DNA of 64,000 nt from positions 2,751 through 66,750 of the forward strand of contig CACDZF010000003.1 of the NCBI GenBank assembly GCA_902557385.1. Reading direction: 5' to 3'. Of the stretch, positions 20,217 through 29,592 are shown piece by piece. Position 1 is the stretch's first letter. Each line of letters starts with the position of its first letter. A program made the position numbers and the translations under genes. This DNA is from an uncultured Pelagibacteraceae bacterium. Lineage in GTDB: Bacteria > Pseudomonadota > Alphaproteobacteria > Pelagibacterales > Pelagibacteraceae. A model generated the notes under the pieces. The model searched no databases and was not told where the DNA came from. It was given only the letters and a program-made list of their open reading frames with translations.

Positions 20217-20248
20217 ACAGCCTTATCACTTTTTTATGATAAGGCTGT
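20217..20248 (-). terminator. Hairpin downstream of hup
   Basis: 12-bp stem ACAGCCTTATCA / TGATAAGGCTGT, 8-nt loop, weak U tail. Confidence 0.55.
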
Positions 20249-20258
20249 CTAAGAAGGT

Positions 20259-20534
20259 CTACTTATTAAATACTTCTTTAAGTGCTTTTGCAGGTAAAAA
20301 TTTTACTTTTTGAGAAGCTGCGATTTGAATTTGCTCTCCAGTTCTAGGATTTCTTCCAATTCGAGCTTTTCTTTTCGCTACTTTATAAGTACCAAAACCT
20401 GCAATTTTCACTGAGTCATCAGCTTTTAATGCATCCAAAATAGTATTGGTAATGGTATCAAAAGTACGCTCAGCATCAGCTTTACTTTGATTAAGTGAAG
20501 CAGATAATTTAGCTACTAATTGTTTTTTATTCAT
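20259..20534 (-). CDS. hup: DNA-binding protein HU
   Basis: MNKKQL, GFGTY, GRNPRTG. Confidence 0.95.
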   Translation of the reverse strand: MNKKQLVAKLSASLNQSKADAERTFDTITNTILDALKADDSVKIAGFGTYKVAKRKARIGRNPRTGEQIQIAASQKVKFLPAKALKEVFNK

Positions 20535-20694
20535 TTTTAGCTCCGGTTTTAAAGGTTAATTCATTTATTTGCTATAATCCCTTATAAATCAAGCTTTTTT
20601 TTAGTGTCCATATTGAGAAAAACCACAATATATAGTGAAATTGCTAAAAATGCTTGATTTTAAAGGGTTTTTCTATGTTGATAAGTTAGAATTA

Positions 20695-21804
20695 TTAAAA
20701 CAATCCCAAATCTTTTAAGTCATTAAAGGTAGTAAAAAACATCAAAGACAACAATAAAAACATTCCGATTCGAAAGAAACCTTCTTGAGTTCTTTGGCTT
20801 AATGGTTTTCCTAAAACTTTTTCAAAAGCATAAAACATTAAGTGTCCACCATCTAATAGTGGTATTGGGAAAAGATTAATTAGTCCAAGACTAACAGAAA
20901 TATAGGCCATTATACTTAAGAAAGGCAAAATACCAAACTCAGCAACCTGGCCTGTTATTTTTGCGATTCTAATTGGTCCTCCTAATTGAGATGTATCACC
21001 CTTTCCTTTTATCAAGGTACCTAAATATTTTAGTGAAGAAATACTAACAAAATAGACCTCATTAACTGCGTAAAAAAGAGATTTCGCTGGTCCTAATTTG
21101 ACATGATTAACCTCATTGTTAAAAGCGCCAAGTTTAATGCCGACCATTCTTTTTTTTATTTTATTTCCCAAATTATCTTCGGTTAAAACCATATTTGGTT
21201 TAACTTTAAAAGAAAGTTCTTGATTAGATCTAGAAACAACAAAATTTATATATTCATTAGTCGACATGGCTATAAACTTTGAAACTTCCATAATACTTTT
21301 TACTTTATTGTCATCGATAGAAAGAATAACGTCATTTTTTTTAAGTCCAGCACTCATAGCAGGACTATCTTTTTGAACTTCGTTAATAACTGCTGGAGTA
21401 AAATCTTTACCAACAAAAGTATAAATAGAAAAAAAAATAAAAATTGCTAGTATAAAATTAGCAATTGGACCAGCGGCAACTATTAGGGCTCTTTGATATA
21501 AAGGTTTTAATACAAATAGTTTTTTTTGATCTTCTGTGTTATATTTTTTTAATAACTTTTCCTGATCCGCCTGACTAAAAACATTTCTATCACCAAAAAA
21601 TTTAACATAACCGCCTAGGGGTATCCAACAAATTTTCCATCTGGTTCCAGATTTATCGTTCCAACCAAACATTTCCTTTCCAAATCCGATAGAAAAATCA
21701 GTTACGCCAACACCATATTTTTTAGCAAAATAATAATGTCCATATTCATGTATAAAAACGACAACTAATATTAAAACTATAAATGGTAATATGTAATTAA
21801 GCAT
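20695..21804 (-). CDS. rseP: RIP metalloprotease RseP
   Basis: HEYGH, PLGGYV, PDZ domain, NLFPIPLLDGG. Confidence 0.95.
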   Translation of the reverse strand: MLNYILPFIVLILVVVFIHEYGHYYFAKKYGVGVTDFSIGFGKEMFGWNDKSGTRWKICWIPLGGYVKFFGDRNVFSQADQEKLLKKYNTEDQKKLFVLKPLYQRALIVAAGPIANFILAIFIFFSIYTFVGKDFTPAVINEVQKDSPAMSAGLKKNDVILSIDDNKVKSIMEVSKFIAMSTNEYINFVVSRSNQELSFKVKPNMVLTEDNLGNKIKKRMVGIKLGAFNNEVNHVKLGPAKSLFYAVNEVYFVSISSLKYLGTLIKGKGDTSQLGGPIRIAKITGQVAEFGILPFLSIMAYISVSLGLINLFPIPLLDGGHLMFYAFEKVLGKPLSQRTQEGFFRIGMFLLLSLMFFTTFNDLKDLGLF

Positions 21805-21824
21805 AATAATAGATTCTATTCATT

Positions 21825-23255
21825 TTATTTTATTTTCCAAGTAAGTAATGGAAAAAATGTAGCTGAAATAAACGATAAAAAAAGCAATGAGTTAGCTATA
21901 AATGAAGGAAAAAAGTCTACTGGTATCAAAATACCAACCAGAATAGACTTTGAAAAATCAGGACTTGGGAACAATAATAAGCCAACTGTTAAACCAATAA
22001 TAATTGAAAGATATGCATTTTTTTCTTTAATATTCTTGTCATAAAAACTATAAAAAATCGTTAAAACGGCCGCACAACAAAATAAATCTGCTAACAAAAA
22101 TAAATATAAAATACTTAATCCTTTGGATGCAACAAAAAATGCAATTAAAGATAAAAAAATTATTATTAGTTTTGAAAAATTTAAATAATCAGTTTTAATT
22201 TTAAAAATTTGTTTTCCATCAACAACTATCAAACTTGAAATCGCATTAATTAAAGTATCAATGCTGCTCACAGTTAATGAAATAGCAAGAACCAGAATAA
22301 CAATTGACAAAATAAAAGTCTGCTCTTTAATTAAAAGATAAAAAAAGGCAAGATCAGGAATAACATTGTTGTTTTGAGATACAGCAATTAAGCCACAAAA
22401 TCCCATAATAAAAACGATTGGTATAATTATTATAAATGAAATTATCAGACTATTTTTTAATATTTTATCATTTTTTGCTGCGTAAACTCTTTGCCAATTT
22501 CCTTGATGAAATAAATTTGTTGCAGCTACAGCAATAAAAAAAGTTAATCCAGCAGTAAAGTTTGGCATATAATTTAAGCTTAATAAGTGTGGTTTATTAA
22601 AATTTATGAATTCAAAATTAAATTCGTTGGAATTAAATGAAATAAGATATGAAAAGCTAACTAGTAATAATAAACTAAAAACCGCAAACTGAATATTATC
22701 TGTAAAAATCGATGCTCGTAACCCACCATATAAAGTGTAGATAAGTGAACTCACAATAACTATTAAAGCTGTTATCCATAAATCTGTTCCTGAAATATAT
22801 TTCACTAAAATAGATACAGCTGTTACTTCTGCTGTTAAAAAAATTATCATATAAAAAATTGATAAAAATAAAATTAATTTGAATAATTTTTTTCCAAATC
22901 TTATTCTTACAACTTCTATTAAAGTTTTACCTTTTGGATAAAATTTTCTAAATTTTTTTCCAAGATATATAAGTACAAATAATGGAAATGCAGTTCCTAA
23001 AGAATATCCAATCACAGCACCAATACCTCCCCACGTTGCGGCTGATGCTGGGCCAAATAATATCCATGCACCCAAAGCTGATGATACCAAGCTACACGTT
23101 AACGAAAATGTTTTAATAGATCTATTAGCTACGAGATAATTGGTTAAACCTTGATATTTTTTTGTATAAAATACTCCTAGCAATACAAAAATAATACTCA
23201 CTATTAGAATTAGTAAAATTGCTGAGGATTGACTTAAAATATTTATTTGTTCCAT
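21825..23255 (-). CDS. thiV: Sodium:solute symporter, ThiV-type thiamine-precursor (HMP) transporter
   Basis: SSS fold (YGGLRASIFTD, WQRVYAA); TPP-type riboswitch directly upstream. Confidence 0.8.
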   Translation of the reverse strand: MEQINILSQSSAILLILIVSIIFVLLGVFYTKKYQGLTNYLVANRSIKTFSLTCSLVSSALGAWILFGPASAATWGGIGAVIGYSLGTAFPLFVLIYLGKKFRKFYPKGKTLIEVVRIRFGKKLFKLILFLSIFYMIIFLTAEVTAVSILVKYISGTDLWITALIVIVSSLIYTLYGGLRASIFTDNIQFAVFSLLLLVSFSYLISFNSNEFNFEFINFNKPHLLSLNYMPNFTAGLTFFIAVAATNLFHQGNWQRVYAAKNDKILKNSLIISFIIIIPIVFIMGFCGLIAVSQNNNVIPDLAFFYLLIKEQTFILSIVILVLAISLTVSSIDTLINAISSLIVVDGKQIFKIKTDYLNFSKLIIIFLSLIAFFVASKGLSILYLFLLADLFCCAAVLTIFYSFYDKNIKEKNAYLSIIIGLTVGLLLFPSPDFSKSILVGILIPVDFFPSFIANSLLFLSFISATFFPLLTWKIK

Positions 23256-23330
23256 TTTTTTCCCTTTCTGAATTACCGGACAGGTTCATAGGGTATATTC
23301 TCAGTCTAAATAGACACCCCCTTTCACTTA
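23256..23330 (-). ncRNA. TPP-type riboswitch (divergent)
   Basis: GGGGUG-UCUA UU UAGA-CUGAGA-AUAUACCC-UAUGAACCUG-UCCGGUAAUUCAGAA-AGGGA; the final AGGGA is the SD of thiV. Confidence 0.85.
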
Positions 23331-23401
23331 TTTATAATTGAAAAATGAAAATATTGATAGTAGTTATGGAAAAATTTTAACTTAAAAAATAAATAATTTT
23401 A

Positions 23402-25555
23402 ATGTCTTCTCAAAAAATAATAGATGTACTTACAAGTAATATTGACACATTATGGGTTATAGATTGTGCGATACTAGTTTTCATTATGCAAGCAGGTTTT
23501 ATGTGTATGGAAACAGGTTTATCAAGACACAAAAATAGTATCAATGTTGCGTTAAAGAATGCTGCTGATTTTGGTGTATCTGTAGTTATCTTTTGGATTT
23601 TTGGATTTGGTATTATGTTTGGTACTTCCTATAATGGTTTATTTGGGACTGATTTATTTTTCTTCAAAACAGATAAGGCAGAGTACATGACTTATTTTGT
23701 GTTCCAAGCTATGTTTGTAGCAACCGCTGCTACAATAATTTCAGGTGCTGTCGCTGAGAGAATGAAGTTTAATGGTTATCTAATAATGACTGTATTAGCT
23801 ACTGGAATAATTTATCCAATAGTTGGTCATTGGGCTTGGTCTTCGAGCTATCTCTCAAAATATGATGCAGTTAACCAATTGTTAGTTGTAACAGGTTCAA
23901 TAAAAACTACTGGATGGCTTTCAGATTTGGGTTTTGTAGATTTTGCTGGAAGTACAATTGTTCATTCAGTTGGAGGATGGATTGCACTAGCAGCAGTTTT
24001 AATTTTAGGGCCCAGAATAGGAAAATATTCAGATGCAAATAAAGGTAAATTTACTGGTTCTAGCTTTCCTTTGGCAGTTTTAGGGACCTTGATTTTATGG
24101 TTCGGTTGGTTTGGTTTTAATGGCGGAAGTAACGGTGCAATGGATGAAACTGTTCCATTGATTTTAATAAATACATTTTTAGCAGCTGCATTCGGTCTGT
24201 TAACTGGTTTAAGTATTTCATACATAAGATTCAAAAAACCTGATCCTTTTTATATTATTTTAGGACCTTTGGCAGGACTAGTTGCAATTACAGCTGGATG
24301 TAATTCAATGACTTCAGTCACTTCTATTTTTGTTGGAATTGTAGGATCAATTATTGCAATTTTTGTAAATGAAATTTTAAACAAATATGAAATTGATGAT
24401 GTTGTTGGAGCTGTCCCAGTTCATTTAGCAGCTGGTATTTGGGGAACACTAGCTGTAGGATTTTTTAGTGATTTAAATATTTTAGATACAGGACTCGATA
24501 GATTGTCACAAATTAAAATTCAATTTATTGGAGTATTATCGATCGGAATGTTTACATTCATAACTTCTTTTTTATTATTGGGTCTTTTTAACAAATTTTA
24601 TCCTTTAAGAGTAAGCCCTGTTCAAGAGGAACTTGGACTAAATATTGCAGAGCACAATGCAGTTTCCATTGAGCATGATTTAATTTCAATTTTAGATAAG
24701 CAATCTGAGTCTGGAGATCTTAAAATTAGAGGCCCACAAGATCCATTTACTGCAGGAGGAGTCATTGGTCTGTATTATAATAGGCTAATGAGTAAATTAG
24801 AGACAAGTGAGGAAGAAAAAAATAAGTGGCGAGAAAGAATCTCAAAAGAAGTAAAGCTCGCTGTAAAAGTTCAAGAGAATTTTTTGCCAAAGAGAAATCT
24901 AAAAAATTATCCTGTTCACGGTATTAATATTTCAGCAAGGGAAGTATCTGGAGATTTTTTTAGCTTTTACCCTCATAATAATAGTATTTATTTTATTATT
25001 GCTGATGTAGCCGGGAAAGGAATTCATGCAGGAATGGTTATGGCTAAAGCATCTACGCTATTTGAAGTCTTGTCACAATCAAAAGTAGATCCAGATGAAA
25101 TGGTTTTCCACATGAATAATGATTTAAACAATACAAAAACAGGAGGAATGTTTGTAACCTCAATAATTGGTGAATATAATTTAATATCTGATGAAATTAG
25201 ATGGGTAAATGCGGGACATCAACCAGCTTTGGTAAGAAATAATAATGGAAAATATAATAAAATCGAAAGTTCTGCTCCTCCATTAGGTGTAATTAAACAA
25301 AAAGATAAAAGTTTTTATAAAATAAATAAAATTAAATTAAACGGTTCAAGATTTTATGCTTTCACTGATGGTTTGTCTGAAAGTATGAATAATGAAGGAA
25401 AAGAAATAGGTATTGATGGCTCGATTAACATTATTGAGAATAATTATAATAAGGATACTATTAAACAGTTAAATGATGTTACAAAGTCTGTATTAAATAC
25501 AAGTAAAAATCAAATCCTAAGTGACGACCTAACTTTAATAAGTATTGGAAAATAG
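23402..25555 (+). CDS. Ammonium transporter fused to HAMP-like linker and SpoIIE/RsbU PP2C phosphatase
   Basis: Amt motifs (DFAGSTIVH, WFGWFGFN, DDVVGAVPVH) then VSGDFF, ADVAGKG, NAGH, TDGLSE, DDLT. Confidence 0.92.
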   Translation: MSSQKIIDVLTSNIDTLWVIDCAILVFIMQAGFMCMETGLSRHKNSINVALKNAADFGVSVVIFWIFGFGIMFGTSYNGLFGTDLFFFKTDKAEYMTYFVFQAMFVATAATIISGAVAERMKFNGYLIMTVLATGIIYPIVGHWAWSSSYLSKYDAVNQLLVVTGSIKTTGWLSDLGFVDFAGSTIVHSVGGWIALAAVLILGPRIGKYSDANKGKFTGSSFPLAVLGTLILWFGWFGFNGGSNGAMDETVPLILINTFLAAAFGLLTGLSISYIRFKKPDPFYIILGPLAGLVAITAGCNSMTSVTSIFVGIVGSIIAIFVNEILNKYEIDDVVGAVPVHLAAGIWGTLAVGFFSDLNILDTGLDRLSQIKIQFIGVLSIGMFTFITSFLLLGLFNKFYPLRVSPVQEELGLNIAEHNAVSIEHDLISILDKQSESGDLKIRGPQDPFTAGGVIGLYYNRLMSKLETSEEEKNKWRERISKEVKLAVKVQENFLPKRNLKNYPVHGINISAREVSGDFFSFYPHNNSIYFIIADVAGKGIHAGMVMAKASTLFEVLSQSKVDPDEMVFHMNNDLNNTKTGGMFVTSIIGEYNLISDEIRWVNAGHQPALVRNNNGKYNKIESSAPPLGVIKQKDKSFYKINKIKLNGSRFYAFTDGLSESMNNEGKEIGIDGSINIIENNYNKDTIKQLNDVTKSVLNTSKNQILSDDLTLISIGK

Positions 25556-25586
25556 TATCTTTTTTAAAATAATTAATATTTAACTT

Positions 25587-26648
25587 TTAAAAGCAAACTA
25601 AATGCTCTATGTGAATTGGTTTTTTAATTCCAAACTTATCATTTATTTCATGTTGATGTATGTGGTGTGAATGAACAAAAACTGGAATTAATAAATCGCT
25701 ACTTGTTTTTAAAGTATATATAAAATTTGAGCCCCTAAATTTTTTATCAGTAACATCTAGTTTTAAATTACTTCTATCATCATGTTCTAAATCTTCAGGC
25801 TGTATTAAAAGTTTTACATCTGTTCCAATTGGGTAAGGTTTGATAAAATTTCCTGTAATTGTACCTAAATCAGAATTTTCTAAACTTTTAGGGCTGGTCA
25901 CCTTAGCTGGAATTAAAATTCCTCTATTTAAAAAATTTACTACTTCAATAGAATTTGGGAAATGATAGACATTATAGGGTTTGTCGAATTGTTTTAGTTC
26001 TTGGTTTAATATAATTCCACAATAATCACCAAGATAAAAAGCCTCGTAAGAGTCATGAGTAACTATTATTGTAGTTATTTTAGCATCTTTTATAAGTTGT
26101 TTTAACCGAACTTGAATTTCCTCTTTAAAACTTTGGTCAACATTTGATAGTGGTTCATCTAATAATAATAAATCTGGTTCGGAAACAAGAGATCTTGCTA
26201 ATGATGCACGCTGGGCTTCTCCGGCGCTAACTTGATGAGGGTATTTATTTAGTATGTGAGCAATATCCAATAAATTAATTATTTCTTTTAAGCTAATTTT
26301 TTTTTCTTTCTTTTCTTTATTTCTCTCTGCTCCTAATAATATATTTTTTTCAATAGTATAATGTGGAAACAAGCTATTTTCTTGAAACGCAAGGGAAATA
26401 TTTCTGTTCTCAGGATCCACGTTCATTTTTTTTGAAGATAAGGTCTTGTTATTTAATTCAATTGAACCACTATCAATTTTTTCTAATCCAGCGATTGTTC
26501 TTAGTATTGTGGTTTTTCCAATACCTGATGGGCCTAAAAGGCATATAACCTCACCTTCTTCTTTTATTGAAAAAGATACATTGTTAACTTTATTTTTACC
26601 TCCAACTTTAAAATCAACATTTTTAACTTCAAAAAAATTTTTATTCAT
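25587..26648 (-). CDS. fbpC: Fe(III) ABC transporter ATPase
   Basis: GPSGIGKTT, SAGE, LLLDEP; operon context. Confidence 0.85.
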   Translation of the reverse strand: MNKNFFEVKNVDFKVGGKNKVNNVSFSIKEEGEVICLLGPSGIGKTTILRTIAGLEKIDSGSIELNNKTLSSKKMNVDPENRNISLAFQENSLFPHYTIEKNILLGAERNKEKKEKKISLKEIINLLDIAHILNKYPHQVSAGEAQRASLARSLVSEPDLLLLDEPLSNVDQSFKEEIQVRLKQLIKDAKITTIIVTHDSYEAFYLGDYCGIILNQELKQFDKPYNVYHFPNSIEVVNFLNRGILIPAKVTSPKSLENSDLGTITGNFIKPYPIGTDVKLLIQPEDLEHDDRSNLKLDVTDKKFRGSNFIYTLKTSSDLLIPVFVHSHHIHQHEINDKFGIKKPIHIEHLVCF

Positions 26649-28269
26649 TTGTAACTTTCAAAATATATTTTGATGTTATTATAATAAAGAAGCTTGCAAT
26701 TAAAATTAAAAATAATGAAGGTACTGCCGCAGCCTCTAATAGATCTTCGGATGCTGAAATGTAAGCAGTGGTAGCAAAAGTTTCAAAATTAAAAGGTCTT
26801 AAAATTAGAGTGATAGGCAATTCCCGTATTATTTCTAATGATATCAAAATTATAATAAATAAAAGTGAATTTCGTAAAAAAGGAATATGAATATTTGTAA
26901 AAGTTTTTCTCTTAGAAAAACCAAGTAGATATGCACTCTCATCTACTGAAATATTAATTTTTTCATATCCTGATTTTATTCCGTTAAAGGCCAAAGAATA
27001 AAATCTTACAAAATAAACTAAAACTAATCCAAGAACTGAGCCTATAAATAATTTTTTAATTGATAAAAAGCCTAAGGACTTAATTATATTTTCATCAAAC
27101 CATGCAATAAATGTAATAAAAGCAATAGCCAAAATTATTCCTGGAATTGCATAGCCTGAAATCGATAATGTAGATAAAATATTTAATATTTTATTATTAG
27201 AAACTCTGTTGCCATAGTTAGAAATTAAAGAAAATATTATTAAAACTAAGCTAGATAACAAAACTAAATAAAGTGTGTTTAATAAAAGACCAGCTATTTG
27301 TATATCAAATAAATTTTCTGGAAATTTTATTGTCCAATATAACATTTGGCTTAAAGGGAATAAGAAACTCATAAAAAATACAAAAAAACAAAATATAAAT
27401 GCTAAAAAGGAATTTTTTCCAGATAGTTTAAATTTTTCTTTTTGCTTAAATTCTCCTCTGGCATTTAAATGATATTTTGCTTTTCTTCTGGATAATTTTT
27501 CTAATACAAATAATGAAAATATAAACAATAAAAGGAAAAAGGATATTTGGTTAGCAAAAGCTAAATCATCAAAAGCTATCCATGAATTATAAATGCCTGT
27601 TGTTAAAGTATTGATAGAAAAAAAATCAACCGCTCCAAACTCAGCTAAGGTTTCCATTGCAACTAATGATAAACCAGCAACAATCGCAGGTCGAGCAGCT
27701 GGCAATATTATTTTGTAAAAAGACCTAAATTTTGAAAAACCAAGATTTTTACCCAAATCAATCAAATTCTGTGATTGATATAAAAAAGATGCTCTAGCTA
27801 GAATATATACATACGCATATAAAGAAAAAGTAATTGATAATATTGCACCAAACATACCATCAAATTTTGGAATGTTTTTATTGTAATTTGCATCGCCAAA
27901 AACAAAATTTAAAATTGTGAATGCGGTACCATAATTTTCAAAAAAAGCTGTCAATGAATACGCATAAATATAAGGAGGGACTGCAAAAGATAGTATTAAT
28001 GCCCATTTAAAAAAGTCACTGCCTGGAAATTTATAAAATGAAACTAGGTATGCTGTTCCAGTTCCTAGTAAGAATGTAAGAACCAATACTGATATCAGCA
28101 AAACTAATGAGTTCAAAATATACTCTATTAAAAAAGTATTTTTTAAAATTTCATAATAATTGGATGTATTTTCAAAAAAACTAGTGAATACAGTAATAAT
28201 TGGAATTAATACTATAAAAGAAATTAAGAAAGATAAAAGATACCAAATATTAAAATTTTTGTAAGTCAT
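26641..28269 (-). CDS. fbpB: Fe(III) ABC transporter permease
   Basis: Two permease repeats; LPAARPA, METLAEFG, ELPITLILRPFNFET. Confidence 0.9.
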   Translation of the reverse strand: MTYKNFNIWYLLSFLISFIVLIPIITVFTSFFENTSNYYEILKNTFLIEYILNSLVLLISVLVLTFLLGTGTAYLVSFYKFPGSDFFKWALILSFAVPPYIYAYSLTAFFENYGTAFTILNFVFGDANYNKNIPKFDGMFGAILSITFSLYAYVYILARASFLYQSQNLIDLGKNLGFSKFRSFYKIILPAARPAIVAGLSLVAMETLAEFGAVDFFSINTLTTGIYNSWIAFDDLAFANQISFFLLLFIFSLFVLEKLSRRKAKYHLNARGEFKQKEKFKLSGKNSFLAFIFCFFVFFMSFLFPLSQMLYWTIKFPENLFDIQIAGLLLNTLYLVLLSSLVLIIFSLISNYGNRVSNNKILNILSTLSISGYAIPGIILAIAFITFIAWFDENIIKSLGFLSIKKLFIGSVLGLVLVYFVRFYSLAFNGIKSGYEKINISVDESAYLLGFSKRKTFTNIHIPFLRNSLLFIIILISLEIIRELPITLILRPFNFETFATTAYISASEDLLEAAAVPSLFLILIASFFIIITSKYILKVTNE

Positions 28270-28274
28270 CTGTA

Positions 28275-28331
28275 AGTGCTCATAACATATTAGATGGGGT
28301 AAATCATCTAATTGGGAAGGTTATGAGCACT
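28275..28331 (-). promoter_or_regulatory. Two-tier stem-loop just upstream of the permease start
   Basis: AGTGCTCATAAC/GTTATGAGCACT (12 bp) enclosing ATTAGATG/CATCTAAT (8 bp). Confidence 0.7.
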
Positions 28332-28343
28332 ATATAATGAAAA

Positions 28344-28529
28344 TTAGTCCTTATTATTAAAAGGGGAAAGGATGTGTGGAACCTCTTCTTCTTTTAATTC
28401 AGATAATTTTCTTCCATTTATTTTAACATTAATTTTTTTACACTCTGTAGCGCAAGGATCACATGCTTTCAAAGATGCCTTGTCTGCAGAAGAATTATTA
28501 TAATTATTGTTAAATAAATTCTTTTTCAC
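28344..28529 (-). CDS. Small Cys-containing hypothetical protein in the iron operon
   Basis: 61-aa ORF, GTG start 9 nt after the fbpA stop, CDPCATEC motif. Confidence 0.5.
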   Translation of the reverse strand: MKKNLFNNNYNNSSADKASLKACDPCATECKKINVKINGRKLSELKEEEVPHILSPFNNKD

Positions 28530-28538
28530 TAGCTTTAC

Positions 28539-29567
28539 TTATTTCCATCCAGCAGCTGTCATTACTTCTAATGCATCTGCTTGTTTTGCTCCATAGCTAG
28601 AAACTTTTGTTTTTAGATCTTGTTTGAAATCTAATCCCAAATTATTTACAACTAATGGATTTGGCGAAACGCCATCAATCATTGGAAACTCAAAAGTGTT
28701 GTTAGTAAAGTGCTCTTGAGCTTCTGGTGTTAATAAGAACTCAACAAGTGCAACTGCATTTGCTTTATTAGGCGCGCCCTTAACCATAGCTGCACAACTG
28801 ATATTCATATGTGTCCCTCTGTCATTTTGATTAGGGAAAAATGCTTTAACTTTTTTTGCTGCTGCTTGTTGTTCAGCACCTTTTTTTCCTGATAGCATAA
28901 GTGCTAAATAGTAAGTGTTAGCTACAGCAATGTCAGCTTCACCAGCCGCTACTGCCATAATTTGTGCTCTGTCATTACCTTTTGGTGTTCTTGCCATATT
29001 TGCAACAACCCCTTTTGCCCATTCTGCTGTAGCTGCTTTTCCATTATTTTTAACTAATGAAGCTACAAGAGATTTATTGTAAATGTTGCTTGATTTTCTT
29101 ATTACTAATCTGCCTTTCCATTTTGGATCAGCTAAACTTTCGTAAGTTAATCCTGACAGCTCTGCGCCACTAACTCTTTCTGGAGCGTAGTAAACTATTC
29201 TTGCTCTCTTAGCTACACCTACCCAGTGTGAAGTTCTGAAGTTTTTTGGAACCGCAGCTTTAATAGCTGCAGAAGTTAATCCACCTTGAGTCATTCCTTT
29301 TGCTTTGAATGCTCCACATCTTCCAGCGTCTGCTGTAATGTAAAGATCAGCAGAAGAATCTGCACCCTCTTCAATCATTCTTTTTTCAAGAGCGCCAGCT
29401 TTTCCGTTAATTAAATTTACTTTAATTCCCGTCTTGTTTGTAAACTTACTATAAAGCTCTGCGTCTGCTTTATAATGTCTTGCATTAAAAACATTTACCT
29501 CATTTGCCATTACATAGGTTGATACAAATAAGGATGTAATTAACGTCAAAATTGATATTTTTCTCAT
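28539..29567 (-). CDS. fbpA: Fe(III) ABC substrate-binding protein (FutA/FbpA; called SfuC in SAR11)
   Basis: Signal peptide, ARHY, RSS-like KSSNIYN, GNDRAQ, ANTYY iron-ligand tyrosines. Confidence 0.93.
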   Translation of the reverse strand: MRKISILTLITSLFVSTYVMANEVNVFNARHYKADAELYSKFTNKTGIKVNLINGKAGALEKRMIEEGADSSADLYITADAGRCGAFKAKGMTQGGLTSAAIKAAVPKNFRTSHWVGVAKRARIVYYAPERVSGAELSGLTYESLADPKWKGRLVIRKSSNIYNKSLVASLVKNNGKAATAEWAKGVVANMARTPKGNDRAQIMAVAAGEADIAVANTYYLALMLSGKKGAEQQAAAKKVKAFFPNQNDRGTHMNISCAAMVKGAPNKANAVALVEFLLTPEAQEHFTNNTFEFPMIDGVSPNPLVVNNLGLDFKQDLKTKVSSYGAKQADALEVMTAAGWK

Positions 29568-29592
29568 TGTTATCCTTTATGTCTGTTATTTT

